Notes: generated by a model from the sequence alone, not told the origin. 64,000 nucleotides of DNA from Methanobacteriota archaeon (GCA_013288705.1 JABDBI010000002.1:880-64879), one strand, 5' to 3'; counted from the stretch's first letter, positions 25,586 to 35,875 are shown. Numbers and translations: made by a program.

Positions 25586-26545
25586 ATGAAAATCACACTG
25601 ACGCGTATTGCGGGGATCCAAGTGGGTCATGCCCAGGACCTAGATGCCATTACCGGCTGTTCGGTTGTTTTGTGCCCTCCCGATACCAGATGTGCGGTTG
25701 ATCAACGAGGTGGTGCGCCGGGTACACGAGAGACCGACTTGCTGAGACCCGGGCGTTTGGTACAAAATATTAACGCGATTATGTTGGCTGGCGGAAGCGC
25801 ATTTGGCTTGGCAGCAGCCGACGGAGCGATGGCGTTTCTCGAAGAGAAGGGCCTCGGTTATGAAACAGCTTTTGCGCCTATTCCAATCGTTCCTGCAGCC
25901 ATTTTGTATGACCTAGAGATCGGTTCTTCTGAGATTCGCCCGGATGCAGAGATGGGAGCAGAGGCATGCAAAAATGCATCTGGCGCGCCTGTGCAAAGTG
26001 GTTGCGTGGGTGCAGGGACTGGCTGTCGGGTGGGTGGCTTTGGCGGGTTGCCCCGATCAACAAAGTCTGGTCTCGGTAACGCTGGCATGTTTCTCCCTGG
26101 TGGCGTGGTGATCAGTGCCATGATGGCCGTTAACGCACTTGGCGATGTGCTCGACGAGCATGGCAAAGTGATCGCTGGCCTACGAAAATCAGACAACTCC
26201 CATGAATTCGCGGACAGCGAAAAAGAGCTGCTCGCGGAGGCTGGAGAGCTGCCAAGGCGCAGAGCCAATACCGTGATCGGGGTTGTGGCGACCAATGCGA
26301 AGCTCTCGCGCGATGAGCTCACCCACATCGCTGCCATGGCCCATGATGGTTTAGCGCGCGCGATTCGGCCAAGTCATACAATGTTTGATGGGGACACGAT
26401 TTTTGCCCTGAGCGCGGGGGAGCTGCCGTGCAATCCGCTTCAAATTGGTGTGGCAGCTGCGCAGGTGACCCGGGCGGCCATAGTGGATGCAGTTTGTAGC
26501 GCAACTTCTCTTGGCAATGTGCCGGCAATATGCGATTTTAAATAA
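25586..26545 (+). CDS. P1-family (DmpA/S58-like) aminopeptidase
   Basis: MKITLTRIAGIQVGHAQD...QRGGAPGTRETDLL...AIMLAGGSAFGL. The track's N-terminal extension from 25295 overlaps the reductase gene and is rejected. Confidence 0.8.
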   Translation: MKITLTRIAGIQVGHAQDLDAITGCSVVLCPPDTRCAVDQRGGAPGTRETDLLRPGRLVQNINAIMLAGGSAFGLAAADGAMAFLEEKGLGYETAFAPIPIVPAAILYDLEIGSSEIRPDAEMGAEACKNASGAPVQSGCVGAGTGCRVGGFGGLPRSTKSGLGNAGMFLPGGVVISAMMAVNALGDVLDEHGKVIAGLRKSDNSHEFADSEKELLAEAGELPRRRANTVIGVVATNAKLSRDELTHIAAMAHDGLARAIRPSHTMFDGDTIFALSAGELPCNPLQIGVAAAQVTRAAIVDAVCSATSLGNVPAICDFK

Positions 26546-26559
26546 AATTGGGGGCTGGT

Positions 26560-26856
26560 ATGAAAATCAAATCGGTCGTTTTGTTTTTGTTGTTAGGTGC
26601 ATGTGCGAGTTCCGAAGTTCGCCAGAATTTAACATCCGCATGTCGTGTCGATACGGATTGCGCGATCGTGAATCCAAGTTGTTGCAGTTGCAATGCCGGT
26701 GGTTCTCAACAGGCAGTGCTAAAAGAGCTCGCACAGACGAATGCCCAGCATTGTGCGGCCTTTCCAGTTTTTTGCGCGCAGTATATTAGTAATGACCCGA
26801 CTTGCAAAGCAACCGGGGCAATATGTCAGAATGGTCAGTGCCAATTGCAATATTAA
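26560..26856 (+). CDS. Cys-rich lipoprotein, hypothetical
   Basis: Lipobox LLLGAC. 12 further Cys after the lipobox Cys in a ~98-aa protein. Confidence 0.55.
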   Translation: MKIKSVVLFLLLGACASSEVRQNLTSACRVDTDCAIVNPSCCSCNAGGSQQAVLKELAQTNAQHCAAFPVFCAQYISNDPTCKATGAICQNGQCQLQY

Positions 26857-26868
26857 CGAGTGTCAAAA

Positions 26869-28689
26869 ATGGGAAAAATACAACGGCTCGATGAGATCGT
26901 CGCCAATCAAATTGCGGCTGGTGAAGTGGTGGAACGTCCACAGTCGGTGGCCAAAGAGCTAATTGAAAACGCGCTTGACGCGGGCGCCATGCAGATTGAT
27001 ATCTTAGCCGATATGGGCGGTGTGAGCAGGTTGGTCGTGACCGACGATGGCCATGGCATGGAGCCGGAAGATGCGGTGCTGTGTTTTTCTCGGTATGCGA
27101 CGAGCAAGCTGAGAAGCGCTGCAGATTTGGAACGCATTGCGACATTTGGTTTTCGGGGCGAAGCGCTGCCTTCGATTGCGGCAGTGTCTAAAGTGCGCTT
27201 GCTGTCGCGCACAGAGCACAAACTTGCGGCAACTGAAGTCTGCATGGTGGGTGGCAAAGTGACCCACGTTGGCGAGACTGGGGCCACAGTTGGCACGCGC
27301 ATCGAAGTCGAAGATCTGTTTTTTAATGTTCCAGCGCGACGCAAATTTTTGAAATCGGAGCGCTCCGAGTGTGCGGCGATCGAACATGTGGTGCGTACTG
27401 CGGCGCTATCACAACCAAGTGTTGGGTTTTCATTGCGCATGGATGGGAAGCAAATTCTCGACGTGCGCCAGGCGCCTGAGGGCGCGGCGCTGGATCATCC
27501 TCGACGATTGGAGCGTGCCATTGCTTGCCTTGGCGAGGAAGTACGGGGTTTTATTTATCCGTTTTCAGCGAGCACGGGGCTGCTTTCGGTGGAAGGCTAT
27601 TTGGTTGCACCGCTGGTGACGCGTCGGGATCATCGAGGCATTCGTCTGTCGATTAACCGGCGCCCGGTGGAGGACAAGCAACTGGTGCAAGCGGTGAAAG
27701 TTGCTTATCGCACATTGCTCGAGGTGGGGCGCTTTCCAATTTGTGCGCTGAATGTGACACTTAACCCGGAGCTTGTGGATGTGAATGTGCATCCGCAAAA
27801 GCTAGAGGTGCGATTCTCAGACCCATCGCAAGTGCAGGGGAATTTGATCCGGTTACTGAGCCAGTTTTTGGCAACGACGCCATGGCTAAAAGGCCAGCAG
27901 ATGTTCTCTTCCAATGCGGAGAGGCGAGAATCCCCAGTGGCCTTCGCCCTACGCCTCAACGATATTGATGCCGGTCTCCCTCTCCCGCAAGGCGGGAGAG
28001 GGATTAAGGGTGAGGGTGACTATTCTGCACGCACAATGATCCACCCTCACCCTACCCTCTCCCGCCCAGCGGGAGAGGGAATTTCGAGCATGATCGGTGG
28101 AGCGGCTCGCTACAGTGACCTGCGTGTTCTCGGCCAAGTTAACAGCACCTACCTCGTCCTCGAATCCGCAGGCGCCATGGTCGTCGTCGATCAACACGCC
28201 GCCCACGAACGCGTGATGTTCGAAAAATTCCGCAACCAAATTCGCTCCGCCAATCTCGTCGGCCAACCCCTGCTTTTCCCCATCACCATCAACCTCTCCT
28301 CCGACCAAATGGCCGCATTGCGAGACCACAAAGCAACGTTACTGCGCTATGGCCTCGAGGTAGAACCCTTCGGCGATTCCGTCGCACTGATGAAAGCCGC
28401 CCCCAATGAGCTGCCCAAGGAATCTTTAGAACAAGTCCTCAAAGACACACTCTCCGAGCTTCTCATATCGGGTCGCCCCGACGCGCTCGATGAACTCACC
28501 GACCAAGTCTGCGCAAGCATGGCCTGCCACGGATCCGTACGGGCGGGGCAACGCTTACAAGCTGCAGAGATCGATGCGTTGTTGCGTCAACTTGATTGCA
28601 TCGACTACGGCGCACATTGCCCACATGGAAGACCTGTAGTGCGCGCAATTTCATTTACCGAGATGGCAAAATGGTTCAGCCGATTGTAG
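26869..28689 (+). CDS. mutL: DNA mismatch repair protein MutL
   Basis: IAAGEVVERPQSVAKELIENALDAG and FGFRGEAL (GHKL ATPase). C-terminal dimerisation domain QHAAHERV. GTG 26860 is an alternative start. Confidence 0.95.
   Translation: MGKIQRLDEIVANQIAAGEVVERPQSVAKELIENALDAGAMQIDILADMGGVSRLVVTDDGHGMEPEDAVLCFSRYATSKLRSAADLERIATFGFRGEALPSIAAVSKVRLLSRTEHKLAATEVCMVGGKVTHVGETGATVGTRIEVEDLFFNVPARRKFLKSERSECAAIEHVVRTAALSQPSVGFSLRMDGKQILDVRQAPEGAALDHPRRLERAIACLGEEVRGFIYPFSASTGLLSVEGYLVAPLVTRRDHRGIRLSINRRPVEDKQLVQAVKVAYRTLLEVGRFPICALNVTLNPELVDVNVHPQKLEVRFSDPSQVQGNLIRLLSQFLATTPWLKGQQMFSSNAERRESPVAFALRLNDIDAGLPLPQGGRGIKGEGDYSARTMIHPHPTLSRPAGEGISSMIGGAARYSDLRVLGQVNSTYLVLESAGAMVVVDQHAAHERVMFEKFRNQIRSANLVGQPLLFPITINLSSDQMAALRDHKATLLRYGLEVEPFGDSVALMKAAPNELPKESLEQVLKDTLSELLISGRPDALDELTDQVCASMACHGSVRAGQRLQAAEIDALLRQLDCIDYGAHCPHGRPVVRAISFTEMAKWFSRL
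27977..28080. repeat. ~104-bp nested palindromic repeat element lying in frame in the mutL linker
   Basis: Three stems. tccctctcccgc/aag/gcgggagaggga (27977-28003). agggtgagggtg (28007-28018) with caccctcaccct (28042-28053). ccctctcccgc/cca/gcgggagaggg (28055-28079). Confidence 0.85.
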
Positions 28690-29534
28690 TAGGGGGGCCG
28701 ACAGCATCGGGAAAAAGCGCTTTCGCGATGCAACAGGCCAAGGAGCGCGACGGCGAAATTATTTGCGCCGACAGCCGTCAAGTATTCGCAAAGATGCGCG
28801 TTGGCACAGCTGGTCCATCTGACGACGATATGAAATCGGTGCCTCATCATGGATTTCACACGCTCGATCCTAAAGAAACATTTGATGCAGGGCGTTTTGT
28901 TACGCAAACGGACGCTTTCGTAAAAGAGATTTTCAGTCGGGGAAAAACCCCCGTTTTAGTTGGTGGCACAGGTCTTTATCTGCGCGCATGGCGTTTCGGA
29001 CTCTCTGATGTCCCTGCCAAAGACATGAAGGCTCGTGCACAACTTCTTGAAGACATTAAGCAGCTAGGCCTTCCTGCTCTCTATAAAAGATTGGTTGAGA
29101 TCGATGAAGAAAGCGCAAAGCGCATTTTGCCAAACGACGAAATGCGTATCGTAAGGGCGCTTGAGATTTTTCTCACGACAGGCAAGAAGCCCAGCACGCT
29201 TCGACAAACAAATTTTGCTGGGCCACCCCGCGTCGATGCCAAATGGCTACTGTTATGGCCAGATCGCATAACGCTCAATGCCCGTATTGAAGCACGCACG
29301 CATATGATGTTTGCACAGGGTCTGGTCAATGAAGCGCTTGCGTTGCGCACATATCTCGGAGCTGGCCACGCGCTTTTACAAACCATGGGCTACGAAGAAG
29401 CGCTTGCTCTAGCCGATGGAAATTTGACGCAAAGAGAAGCAATTGCTTTGGCTACCCAGAGACAAAGAGCCTACGCAAAACGCCAAATCACATGGTTTAA
29501 AAAAGAGCCTTGGTGGCAGCGCATCGACTCTTAG
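28671..29534 (+). CDS. miaA: tRNA dimethylallyltransferase MiaA
   Basis: VVGGPTASGKSAFA P-loop. Overlaps the mutL 3' end. Confidence 0.9.
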   Translation: MVQPIVVGGPTASGKSAFAMQQAKERDGEIICADSRQVFAKMRVGTAGPSDDDMKSVPHHGFHTLDPKETFDAGRFVTQTDAFVKEIFSRGKTPVLVGGTGLYLRAWRFGLSDVPAKDMKARAQLLEDIKQLGLPALYKRLVEIDEESAKRILPNDEMRIVRALEIFLTTGKKPSTLRQTNFAGPPRVDAKWLLLWPDRITLNARIEARTHMMFAQGLVNEALALRTYLGAGHALLQTMGYEEALALADGNLTQREAIALATQRQRAYAKRQITWFKKEPWWQRIDS

Positions 29535-29628
29535 TTTGATCAGCAGAATACAATTTGCGCCATTCCCACAAAGAAATAGCTCAAAGTGATTGTTGTAGTA
29601 ATCCATTTCTTTGCAGAGGGCATCTCTC

Positions 29629-30756
29629 ATGCTTCCATTGGCCGAACCGTACGTGCTTCAGCTCGACCCCTATAAGCCTGGCAAGTCCATTCGTGACACT
29701 GAGCGGGAGTATGGGGTGGCTGATGTGGTGAAGCTCGCTTCCAATGAAAACCCATTTGGCCCCTCGCCAAAGGCGTTGGAAGCCGCGCAAAAAGCGCTTT
29801 ATGACGGTCATATGTACCCCAATATTCTTCGCGGTGAGGTGAAGGAATGCATCTGCGCATACCTAGGTTCACCAGAATTTCAACTAAAACACATCATGTT
29901 GGGAAACGGATCCAATGAGCTGATCTCTTTGCTAGCGCGTGCATTGCTGTCCCCTCGAGAATCACTGCTGAATGCATGGCCGTCGTTTTTGGTGTATCGC
30001 ATGGCTGCGCAGGCGATGGGAAGGCATGAGCACACCGTGCCACTGTCCAGTGCGCACGAATATGATTTAGAAGCGATGGTTGATATAGCCAAGGCGCGTA
30101 CCTCTCATCCTGTGAAGCTCGTTTTTATCGCCAACCCCAATAACCCAACTGGGCGGTATATTACGCGATCCGATCTCGAGAGGTTTTTTGCGACGATTCC
30201 AGAAGACATTGTTGTGGTGTTTGATGAGGCATACGCCGACTACGTTGATGCTCCGGACTATGAGAGTGCATTGCGCTACGTTTTAGTTCGGCCAAGAACA
30301 GTGGTGTTAAAAACCTTCTCGAAAATTTACGGCATGGCAGGCTTCCGCATCGGGTACGCAGTGGCCGATCCGCAAATCAACGATATTATTCATCGCGTGC
30401 GGGACCCATTCAATGTGAATGGCATCGCCCAAGCTGCAGCGATGGCGGCGCTCCAAGATAACGCTCACGTAGCAAAGAGCAGGCAAAATAACTCTGCGGA
30501 AATGCCAAGGGTGGTTACAGCACTGCAAGAACTTGGCTTGGTTATCACGCCAAGCGCAGCTAATTTTGTATTGGTGCACCTTGCCCCCCACATGCCCAGC
30601 GTGCCCAAGGTCATGGAAGCGCTTATTCGTCGTGGAGTCATTGTTAGGTCACTCGAAAACTATGATTTGCCCAGTGCCTTGCGGGTGACCATTGGTACGC
30701 CTGCACAAAATGGAAGATTCCTAAATGCGATGGCAGCCGTTTTAAAAACCGGTTGA
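29629..30756 (+). CDS. hisC: histidinol-phosphate aminotransferase
   Basis: KLASNENPFGPSP, FSKIYGMAGFRIGY (PLP lysine). Confidence 0.9.
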   Translation: MLPLAEPYVLQLDPYKPGKSIRDTEREYGVADVVKLASNENPFGPSPKALEAAQKALYDGHMYPNILRGEVKECICAYLGSPEFQLKHIMLGNGSNELISLLARALLSPRESLLNAWPSFLVYRMAAQAMGRHEHTVPLSSAHEYDLEAMVDIAKARTSHPVKLVFIANPNNPTGRYITRSDLERFFATIPEDIVVVFDEAYADYVDAPDYESALRYVLVRPRTVVLKTFSKIYGMAGFRIGYAVADPQINDIIHRVRDPFNVNGIAQAAAMAALQDNAHVAKSRQNNSAEMPRVVTALQELGLVITPSAANFVLVHLAPHMPSVPKVMEALIRRGVIVRSLENYDLPSALRVTIGTPAQNGRFLNAMAAVLKTG

Positions 30757-30792
30757 GCATATTATAGTCTGCGCAACAAAGGCTCTACGCAT

Positions 30793-31473
30793 ATGGCACT
30801 CATTGTAGCAATTGATGGACCCGCGGGTTCAGGGAAAAGCACAGCTGCACGCACACTCGCACGTGCAATGGGATTTTTATACGTCGACACTGGCGCTATT
30901 TATCGCGCTGTCGCACTCAAGGCAAAGCAAAGCGGAATTGATCCCACCGATCCGATCGCTTTGGCTGCATTGGTCAAGAGTGTGCGCATCGAGATGCAAG
31001 ACGGCAAACCTGAACAACAAATTTTGCTCGATGGTGTGAATATCACCAAACAGATCAGAACAGAAACCATTAGCAAAATGGCTTCTAAAATCAGCCGATA
31101 TCCGGAAGTTCGTGGCGGTCTACTTGAACTTCAGCGCAAACTCGGTCTTGCCTCTGATAGGGGAGCTGTGTTGGAAGGGCGCGATATTGGCACCGTGGTT
31201 TTTCCCGACGCCAACCTGAAATTTTTTCTGAGCGCATCGAGCGAAGAGCGTGCCAAGAGACGGTTTTTGGAATTGCAACGTGGCGGCGAGAACGCAGCCT
31301 ATAGCGATGTTTTAACTGAATTGACCAAGCGCGATCGCCGCGATCAAGAGCGCGAAGTTGCGCCTCTTGTCGCTGCCGAAGACGCGATCATGATTGACAC
31401 CACGGGTTTATCTTTGGAAGAAGTTATCGCGAAGATTCGTCAACACATTGATCAATATCGAGAACAAAAATGA
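30793..31473 (+). CDS. cmk: cytidylate kinase
   Basis: IAIDGPAGSGKST, DTGAIYRAV. Confidence 0.95.
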   Translation: MALIVAIDGPAGSGKSTAARTLARAMGFLYVDTGAIYRAVALKAKQSGIDPTDPIALAALVKSVRIEMQDGKPEQQILLDGVNITKQIRTETISKMASKISRYPEVRGGLLELQRKLGLASDRGAVLEGRDIGTVVFPDANLKFFLSASSEERAKRRFLELQRGGENAAYSDVLTELTKRDRRDQEREVAPLVAAEDAIMIDTTGLSLEEVIAKIRQHIDQYREQK

Positions 31474-32753
31474 GTATATTACGCGCCGTGAAGGGCATGA
31501 ATGATCTGTTCGAGGAAGAGCTTTCCACATGGAGAATGCTTGAGCAAAAGACGCGTGAACACTTTGCTCTCTATGGATTTGGAGAAGTGCGTACGCCGAT
31601 ATTGGAGGAGCTTGATCTCTTTGTGCGAGGTGTAGGCGAGGGCACGGACATTGTTGAGAAAGAAATGTATGTGCTCGAAGATCGAGATGGCAAAAGGCTC
31701 TGTCTTAGACCTGAGAATACTGCTGCAGTAGTGAGAGCATTTGTTGAGAATCGCAAGTTCAGCCCCGATACAGAACTCAAAGCCTATTATATCGGACCCA
31801 TGTTTAGACGAGAGAGACCGCAAAAAGGTCGCTTGCGACAGTTTCATCAAATTGGCGCTGAAGTTTTTGGTATTGCGGATCCAGTCGTCGATATCGAAGT
31901 CATGGTCATGCTGCATGATCTATGCGCCTTACTCGGTCTAAAAAATCTCAAGTTGGCGATCAACACGTTGGGTCAGCCCGAGGAGCGCATTTCTTATGCG
32001 AGCGCACTGCGCGACTATTTTTCGCAATTTCAAGATCAGTTATGCGAAGACTGTAAACGCCGCCTGATTAAGAACGCGTTGCGCATTTTAGATTGCAAGC
32101 AGCCACATTGCGCGACGCTGCGCGAAAAAGCGCCAGCCATTGCGGACTTTCTGAGACAAGATTCACTTGCGCACTTTGAGAAGGTGAAAGCGGGTCTTTC
32201 GGAAGCGTCGGTGCAATTTGAAGTCATGCCACGTCTGGTGCGCGGGTTGGACTACTACACGCGTACGGTGTTTGAAGTGTTGGCAGAGACGGGTCTTGGT
32301 GCGCAAAATGCCGTCGCTGCGGGTGGGCGCTATGACGGCCTGGTGGAGAGCCTTGGTGGGCCAAGTACACCGGCGTTTGGCTTCTCTGCTGGGATTGAGC
32401 GCATTGCGCTGCTGCTACAAGAACAGCAAACACATGGACCGGAAAAAAGTGGTCCAGACATTACGCTGGTCTTTGCAGATCAGATTGGCGAGCGCACGGC
32501 GCGCAAGCTCGTCACGGATCTGCGAAGAGAGAAAATTGCCGCCGACGTCGATTATCGTACCCGCAGTGTAAAAGCGCAAATGCGTCGAGCAGATCGGATA
32601 TGCGCCAAGATGGTGATGGTCATAGGCGAGAGAGAGGCATCCCAAATGCGGGCAGACATGAAATTGATGGCTACCGGTGAAGCAAAGTCCGCCAATTTAG
32701 TGGCCAACGACATAATTAGTATGCTGGCTACTTTTGGCGTGAGAACCCCATGA
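31470..32753 (+). CDS. hisS: histidine--tRNA ligase
   Basis: Class II motifs FRRERPQKGRLRQFHQ, RGLDYYT, GGRYDGL. Confidence 0.95.
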   Translation: MSILRAVKGMNDLFEEELSTWRMLEQKTREHFALYGFGEVRTPILEELDLFVRGVGEGTDIVEKEMYVLEDRDGKRLCLRPENTAAVVRAFVENRKFSPDTELKAYYIGPMFRRERPQKGRLRQFHQIGAEVFGIADPVVDIEVMVMLHDLCALLGLKNLKLAINTLGQPEERISYASALRDYFSQFQDQLCEDCKRRLIKNALRILDCKQPHCATLREKAPAIADFLRQDSLAHFEKVKAGLSEASVQFEVMPRLVRGLDYYTRTVFEVLAETGLGAQNAVAAGGRYDGLVESLGGPSTPAFGFSAGIERIALLLQEQQTHGPEKSGPDITLVFADQIGERTARKLVTDLRREKIAADVDYRTRSVKAQMRRADRICAKMVMVIGEREASQMRADMKLMATGEAKSANLVANDIISMLATFGVRTP

Positions 32754-33598
32754 AATACAAGATGTCTACCCGAAGAAAATTGGCGATCGCTTCCTGGTCT
32801 ACTCCCAAGGAGGGTAATATTTACGGCAAGCTTGTCGTCGATATGGGACCGGCACTTCGCTACATTGAACATTTGCGGGAAACTTCTGGAGAAAAGGTAA
32901 CCGTGACCCATTTGGTTGGCAAAGCTGCCGCCATGGCGTTGGCAAACGCACCTGATTTGAATGGCCGCATTTTTATGGGCGCCTACAGGCCTCATGAAAG
33001 CGTCGACTTGGCCTTTCTGGTGGCGCTAGAGAGTCACGACTTGGCCAAAATCAAAGTCTGTGGGATTGATAAAAAGACAACCGTTGAAGTCGCCAAAGAG
33101 CTTCGTGAGCGCGCTGCCATGGTGCGTGGCGGCAAAGATGACCAGTTTAATAAAAGTAAACCACTCTTAAAATATTTGCCGACTTTTTTGATCCGCCCTG
33201 TTTTATGGAGCGTGGGTTATCTTACGGGCGCTATGGGTGTGAGTATTGAAGCGCTTGGCTTAGAGAAGTTTCCGTTTGGCGCTTGTGTTGTTACCAGCGT
33301 TGGTATGTTGGGCGTTGATGAAGGCTATGCGCCGCCAACGCCATTTGCCCGCGTGCCTGTTTATATCGTCGTGACCAAGGTCCAAGATGTTCCGGTTGTT
33401 GAAAACGGGCAGGTTGTTGTGCGGCCCCAGATGAATTTGATGTTCACCGTGGACCATCGATTTATGGATGGCTATCAGGGTGCAATGCTGGCGAAGATCA
33501 TACGTGGCGTTTTTGCAGAACCTTGGAAGTTGGATGGGATGCAGAAGCCCCAACCCCCATTGACCTCGTCGGAGATGCTTGTCACAGCCCACGCATGA
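32750..33598 (+). CDS. stand-alone 2-oxoacid dehydrogenase acyltransferase (E2) catalytic-domain protein
   Basis: VDHRFMDGYQGA active-site motif (DHRxxDG). No lipoyl or E3-binding domain. ATGA overlaps at both ends (hisS stop and fabG start). Confidence 0.75.
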   Translation: MKYKMSTRRKLAIASWSTPKEGNIYGKLVVDMGPALRYIEHLRETSGEKVTVTHLVGKAAAMALANAPDLNGRIFMGAYRPHESVDLAFLVALESHDLAKIKVCGIDKKTTVEVAKELRERAAMVRGGKDDQFNKSKPLLKYLPTFLIRPVLWSVGYLTGAMGVSIEALGLEKFPFGACVVTSVGMLGVDEGYAPPTPFARVPVYIVVTKVQDVPVVENGQVVVRPQMNLMFTVDHRFMDGYQGAMLAKIIRGVFAEPWKLDGMQKPQPPLTSSEMLVTAHA

Positions 33599-34344
33599 CG
33601 AGATTGGCGACGAAGACCGCCTTGGTGACTGGCGCAAGCAGGGGTATAGGGCGAGCGATCGCGATCGCGTTTGCCGAGCAGGGCGCGCGCGTCGTGGTGA
33701 ACTACGCGCGTCGCGTTGAAGAGGCACAGCAGACGGCTCGTCAAATTCTCGACGTGGGCGGCGCAGCACCTGTCCTTAAACAATTCGATGTCGGCGATGC
33801 AAAAGCCGTCGAAGATGCATTCGCGCAGATTAGCAAAGAGATTGGCGGAATCGATATACTGGTGAACAATGCCGGTATCTCGATCGACGGTTTGCTCGCG
33901 CGAGCCAAAGTGGAAGACTGGCAAGCAGTGATGCGCACCAACCTCGATGGAGCTTTTTTTTGCGCAAAAGCTTGCGTGAGACACATGATGAAGAGTCGGT
34001 GGGGACGTATCGTGAACGTTTCCAGTGTCGTCGGTGAGATGGGCAATGCCGGACAGGTTGCTTACTGCTCCGCAAAAGCTGGTCTAATTGGCATGACGAA
34101 AGCGTTGGCACGCGAGCTCGGGTCGCGCAATATTACGGTAAATGCCGTGACACCTGGCTTTATTGAGACCGATATGACATCTTCTTTTGACAACGCAACG
34201 CGAGAACAACTCTTGCAGAATATTCCGCTTGGCTGCGTGGGAACAGTCGATGACGTTGCTAAAGCAGTGACGTACTTGGCAACAGATGACGCACGGTATA
34301 TAACAGGCCACGTTTTGGCTATTAACGGCGGCATGTACATTTGA
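33595..34344 (+). CDS. fabG: 3-oxoacyl-ACP reductase FabG
   Basis: [32 protein letters not shown]. Confidence 0.9.
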   Translation: MTRLATKTALVTGASRGIGRAIAIAFAEQGARVVVNYARRVEEAQQTARQILDVGGAAPVLKQFDVGDAKAVEDAFAQISKEIGGIDILVNNAGISIDGLLARAKVEDWQAVMRTNLDGAFFCAKACVRHMMKSRWGRIVNVSSVVGEMGNAGQVAYCSAKAGLIGMTKALARELGSRNITVNAVTPGFIETDMTSSFDNATREQLLQNIPLGCVGTVDDVAKAVTYLATDDARYITGHVLAINGGMYI

Positions 34345-34354
34345 AGGAGTGAGG

Positions 34355-34588
34355 ATGTCGATTGAAAATCGAGTAAGGGCGATCATTGCTGAGCAGCTGG
34401 GTGTTTCTGAGGAAGAAATCAAACCAGACTCTCGCTTTATTGAAGATTTGGGTGCCGACTCGCTCGACCTCGTGGAATTGATCATGGCGATGGAAGAAGA
34501 GTTTGAAACTGAAATTCCCGATGAAGAAGCTGAGAAAATCGTTTCAGTTTCTGATACCATTAACTACATTCAGGCACATCAATCGTAA
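34355..34588 (+). CDS. acpP: acyl carrier protein
   Basis: [19 protein letters not shown] (DSL phosphopantetheine site). Confidence 0.95.
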   Translation: MSIENRVRAIIAEQLGVSEEEIKPDSRFIEDLGADSLDLVELIMAMEEEFETEIPDEEAEKIVSVSDTINYIQAHQS

Positions 34589-34600
34589 TGGTCGGATGAT

Positions 34601-35875
34601 ATGTTTCGTCGCGTTGTTGTGACAGGGCTTGGCATTATTTCACCGGTTGGCAACTCCGTTGACGAAGCGTGGTCATCATTGCTTGAAGGCCAGAGCGGCA
34701 TCGATACCGTTGCAGAGTGGCAGGATGCTCAGATTGCGGGAGAGCGCCTGCACGTGACTATTGGTGGTGCAGTCAAAGGGTTTGTGCCAGAAGCTTGGAT
34801 CGAACCCAAAAAAGATATTCGTCGGATGGATCGCTTCATCCAGTTTGCGATGGCGGCGGGAAAACAAGCGTGGCAAATGGCGGGTCTTCCTGATCGCTTG
34901 GACGATCAGGCGGGAGATCGTGCGGGGACAATCATAGGTGTAGGCCTGGGCGGTTTGAGACCGATGCTAGACTCTTACGACACATTGTGTGAACGCGGGC
35001 CAAAGCGTGTCTCCGCGTTTTTCATTCCGTCTACCATTGCGAATCTTGCACCGGGAAATTTGGCGATACGTTATAACTTGCGAAACGCTAATTTTGCACC
35101 TGTGTCGGCGTGTGCGTCTGGCACACACGGGATTGGCGAAGCGGCCATGCATATTCGCGATGGCCGCGCAGACTTAATGCTCGCCGGTGGCGCAGAAAGC
35201 GCAATGCATCCGCTCGCGCTGTGTGGGTTTCTATCCATGCACGCGCTCTGCACGAGCAAGAATCATGATCCGAAAGCGTCTAGCAGACCCTTTGACAGAG
35301 AACGGGATGGTTTTGTCATGGGCGAGGGTGCAGGGCTTATCGTATTGGAAGAATTAGAGCATGCTAAACGTCGAGGCGCCAACATTTTGGCTGAGCTGAT
35401 TGGATATGGCTCCACAAGTGATGCTTATCATATCACCGCACCGTCGGAAGGCGGGGAGGGAGCGCATCGTGCCATGCGGCAGGCTCTGCAAATGGCACAG
35501 GTAAATCCGGAAGACGTCGATTACATCAATGCCCATGGCACCTCGACCCCTTATAACGACAAAGCTGAAACCGATGCCATCAAGAGCGCTTTTGGCGATC
35601 ACGCAAAAAAGCTCATGGTGAGCTCAACGAAGTCAATGACAGGCCACCTGCTTGGCGCTGCCGGTGGTGTCGAAGCCGTCTTCTCTGTACTATCGCTGAT
35701 GAAAGCAGTTGTGCCGCCAACGATCAACTACACGACGCCAGATCCAGAATGCGACTTAGACTATGTTCCCAATGTCGCACGTGAGCAGCGCATTCAAGTT
35801 GCCATGTCCAATTCCTTTGGGTTTGGCGGAACCAACGCTGTTTTGCTGTTTCGTCGACCAATCCATATTCTATAA
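34601..35875 (+). CDS. fabF: beta-ketoacyl-ACP synthase II
   Basis: Active-site ACASGTHGIG, HGTSTP, NSFGFGGTN. Confidence 0.95.
   Translation: MFRRVVVTGLGIISPVGNSVDEAWSSLLEGQSGIDTVAEWQDAQIAGERLHVTIGGAVKGFVPEAWIEPKKDIRRMDRFIQFAMAAGKQAWQMAGLPDRLDDQAGDRAGTIIGVGLGGLRPMLDSYDTLCERGPKRVSAFFIPSTIANLAPGNLAIRYNLRNANFAPVSACASGTHGIGEAAMHIRDGRADLMLAGGAESAMHPLALCGFLSMHALCTSKNHDPKASSRPFDRERDGFVMGEGAGLIVLEELEHAKRRGANILAELIGYGSTSDAYHITAPSEGGEGAHRAMRQALQMAQVNPEDVDYINAHGTSTPYNDKAETDAIKSAFGDHAKKLMVSSTKSMTGHLLGAAGGVEAVFSVLSLMKAVVPPTINYTTPDPECDLDYVPNVAREQRIQVAMSNSFGFGGTNAVLLFRRPIHIL

Noticed and set aside
25295-26545. Track ORFs with long N-terminal extensions. Examples: 25295 for the P1 peptidase, 5934 for ychJ, 33523 for fabG, 28596 for miaA, 42117-43871 for aroKB, 15359 for the dehalogenase.
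   Set aside because: The extensions overlap upstream genes and lack family-typical N-termini. Internal ATGs with an RBS or ATGA coupling give canonical protein starts, and those were used instead.
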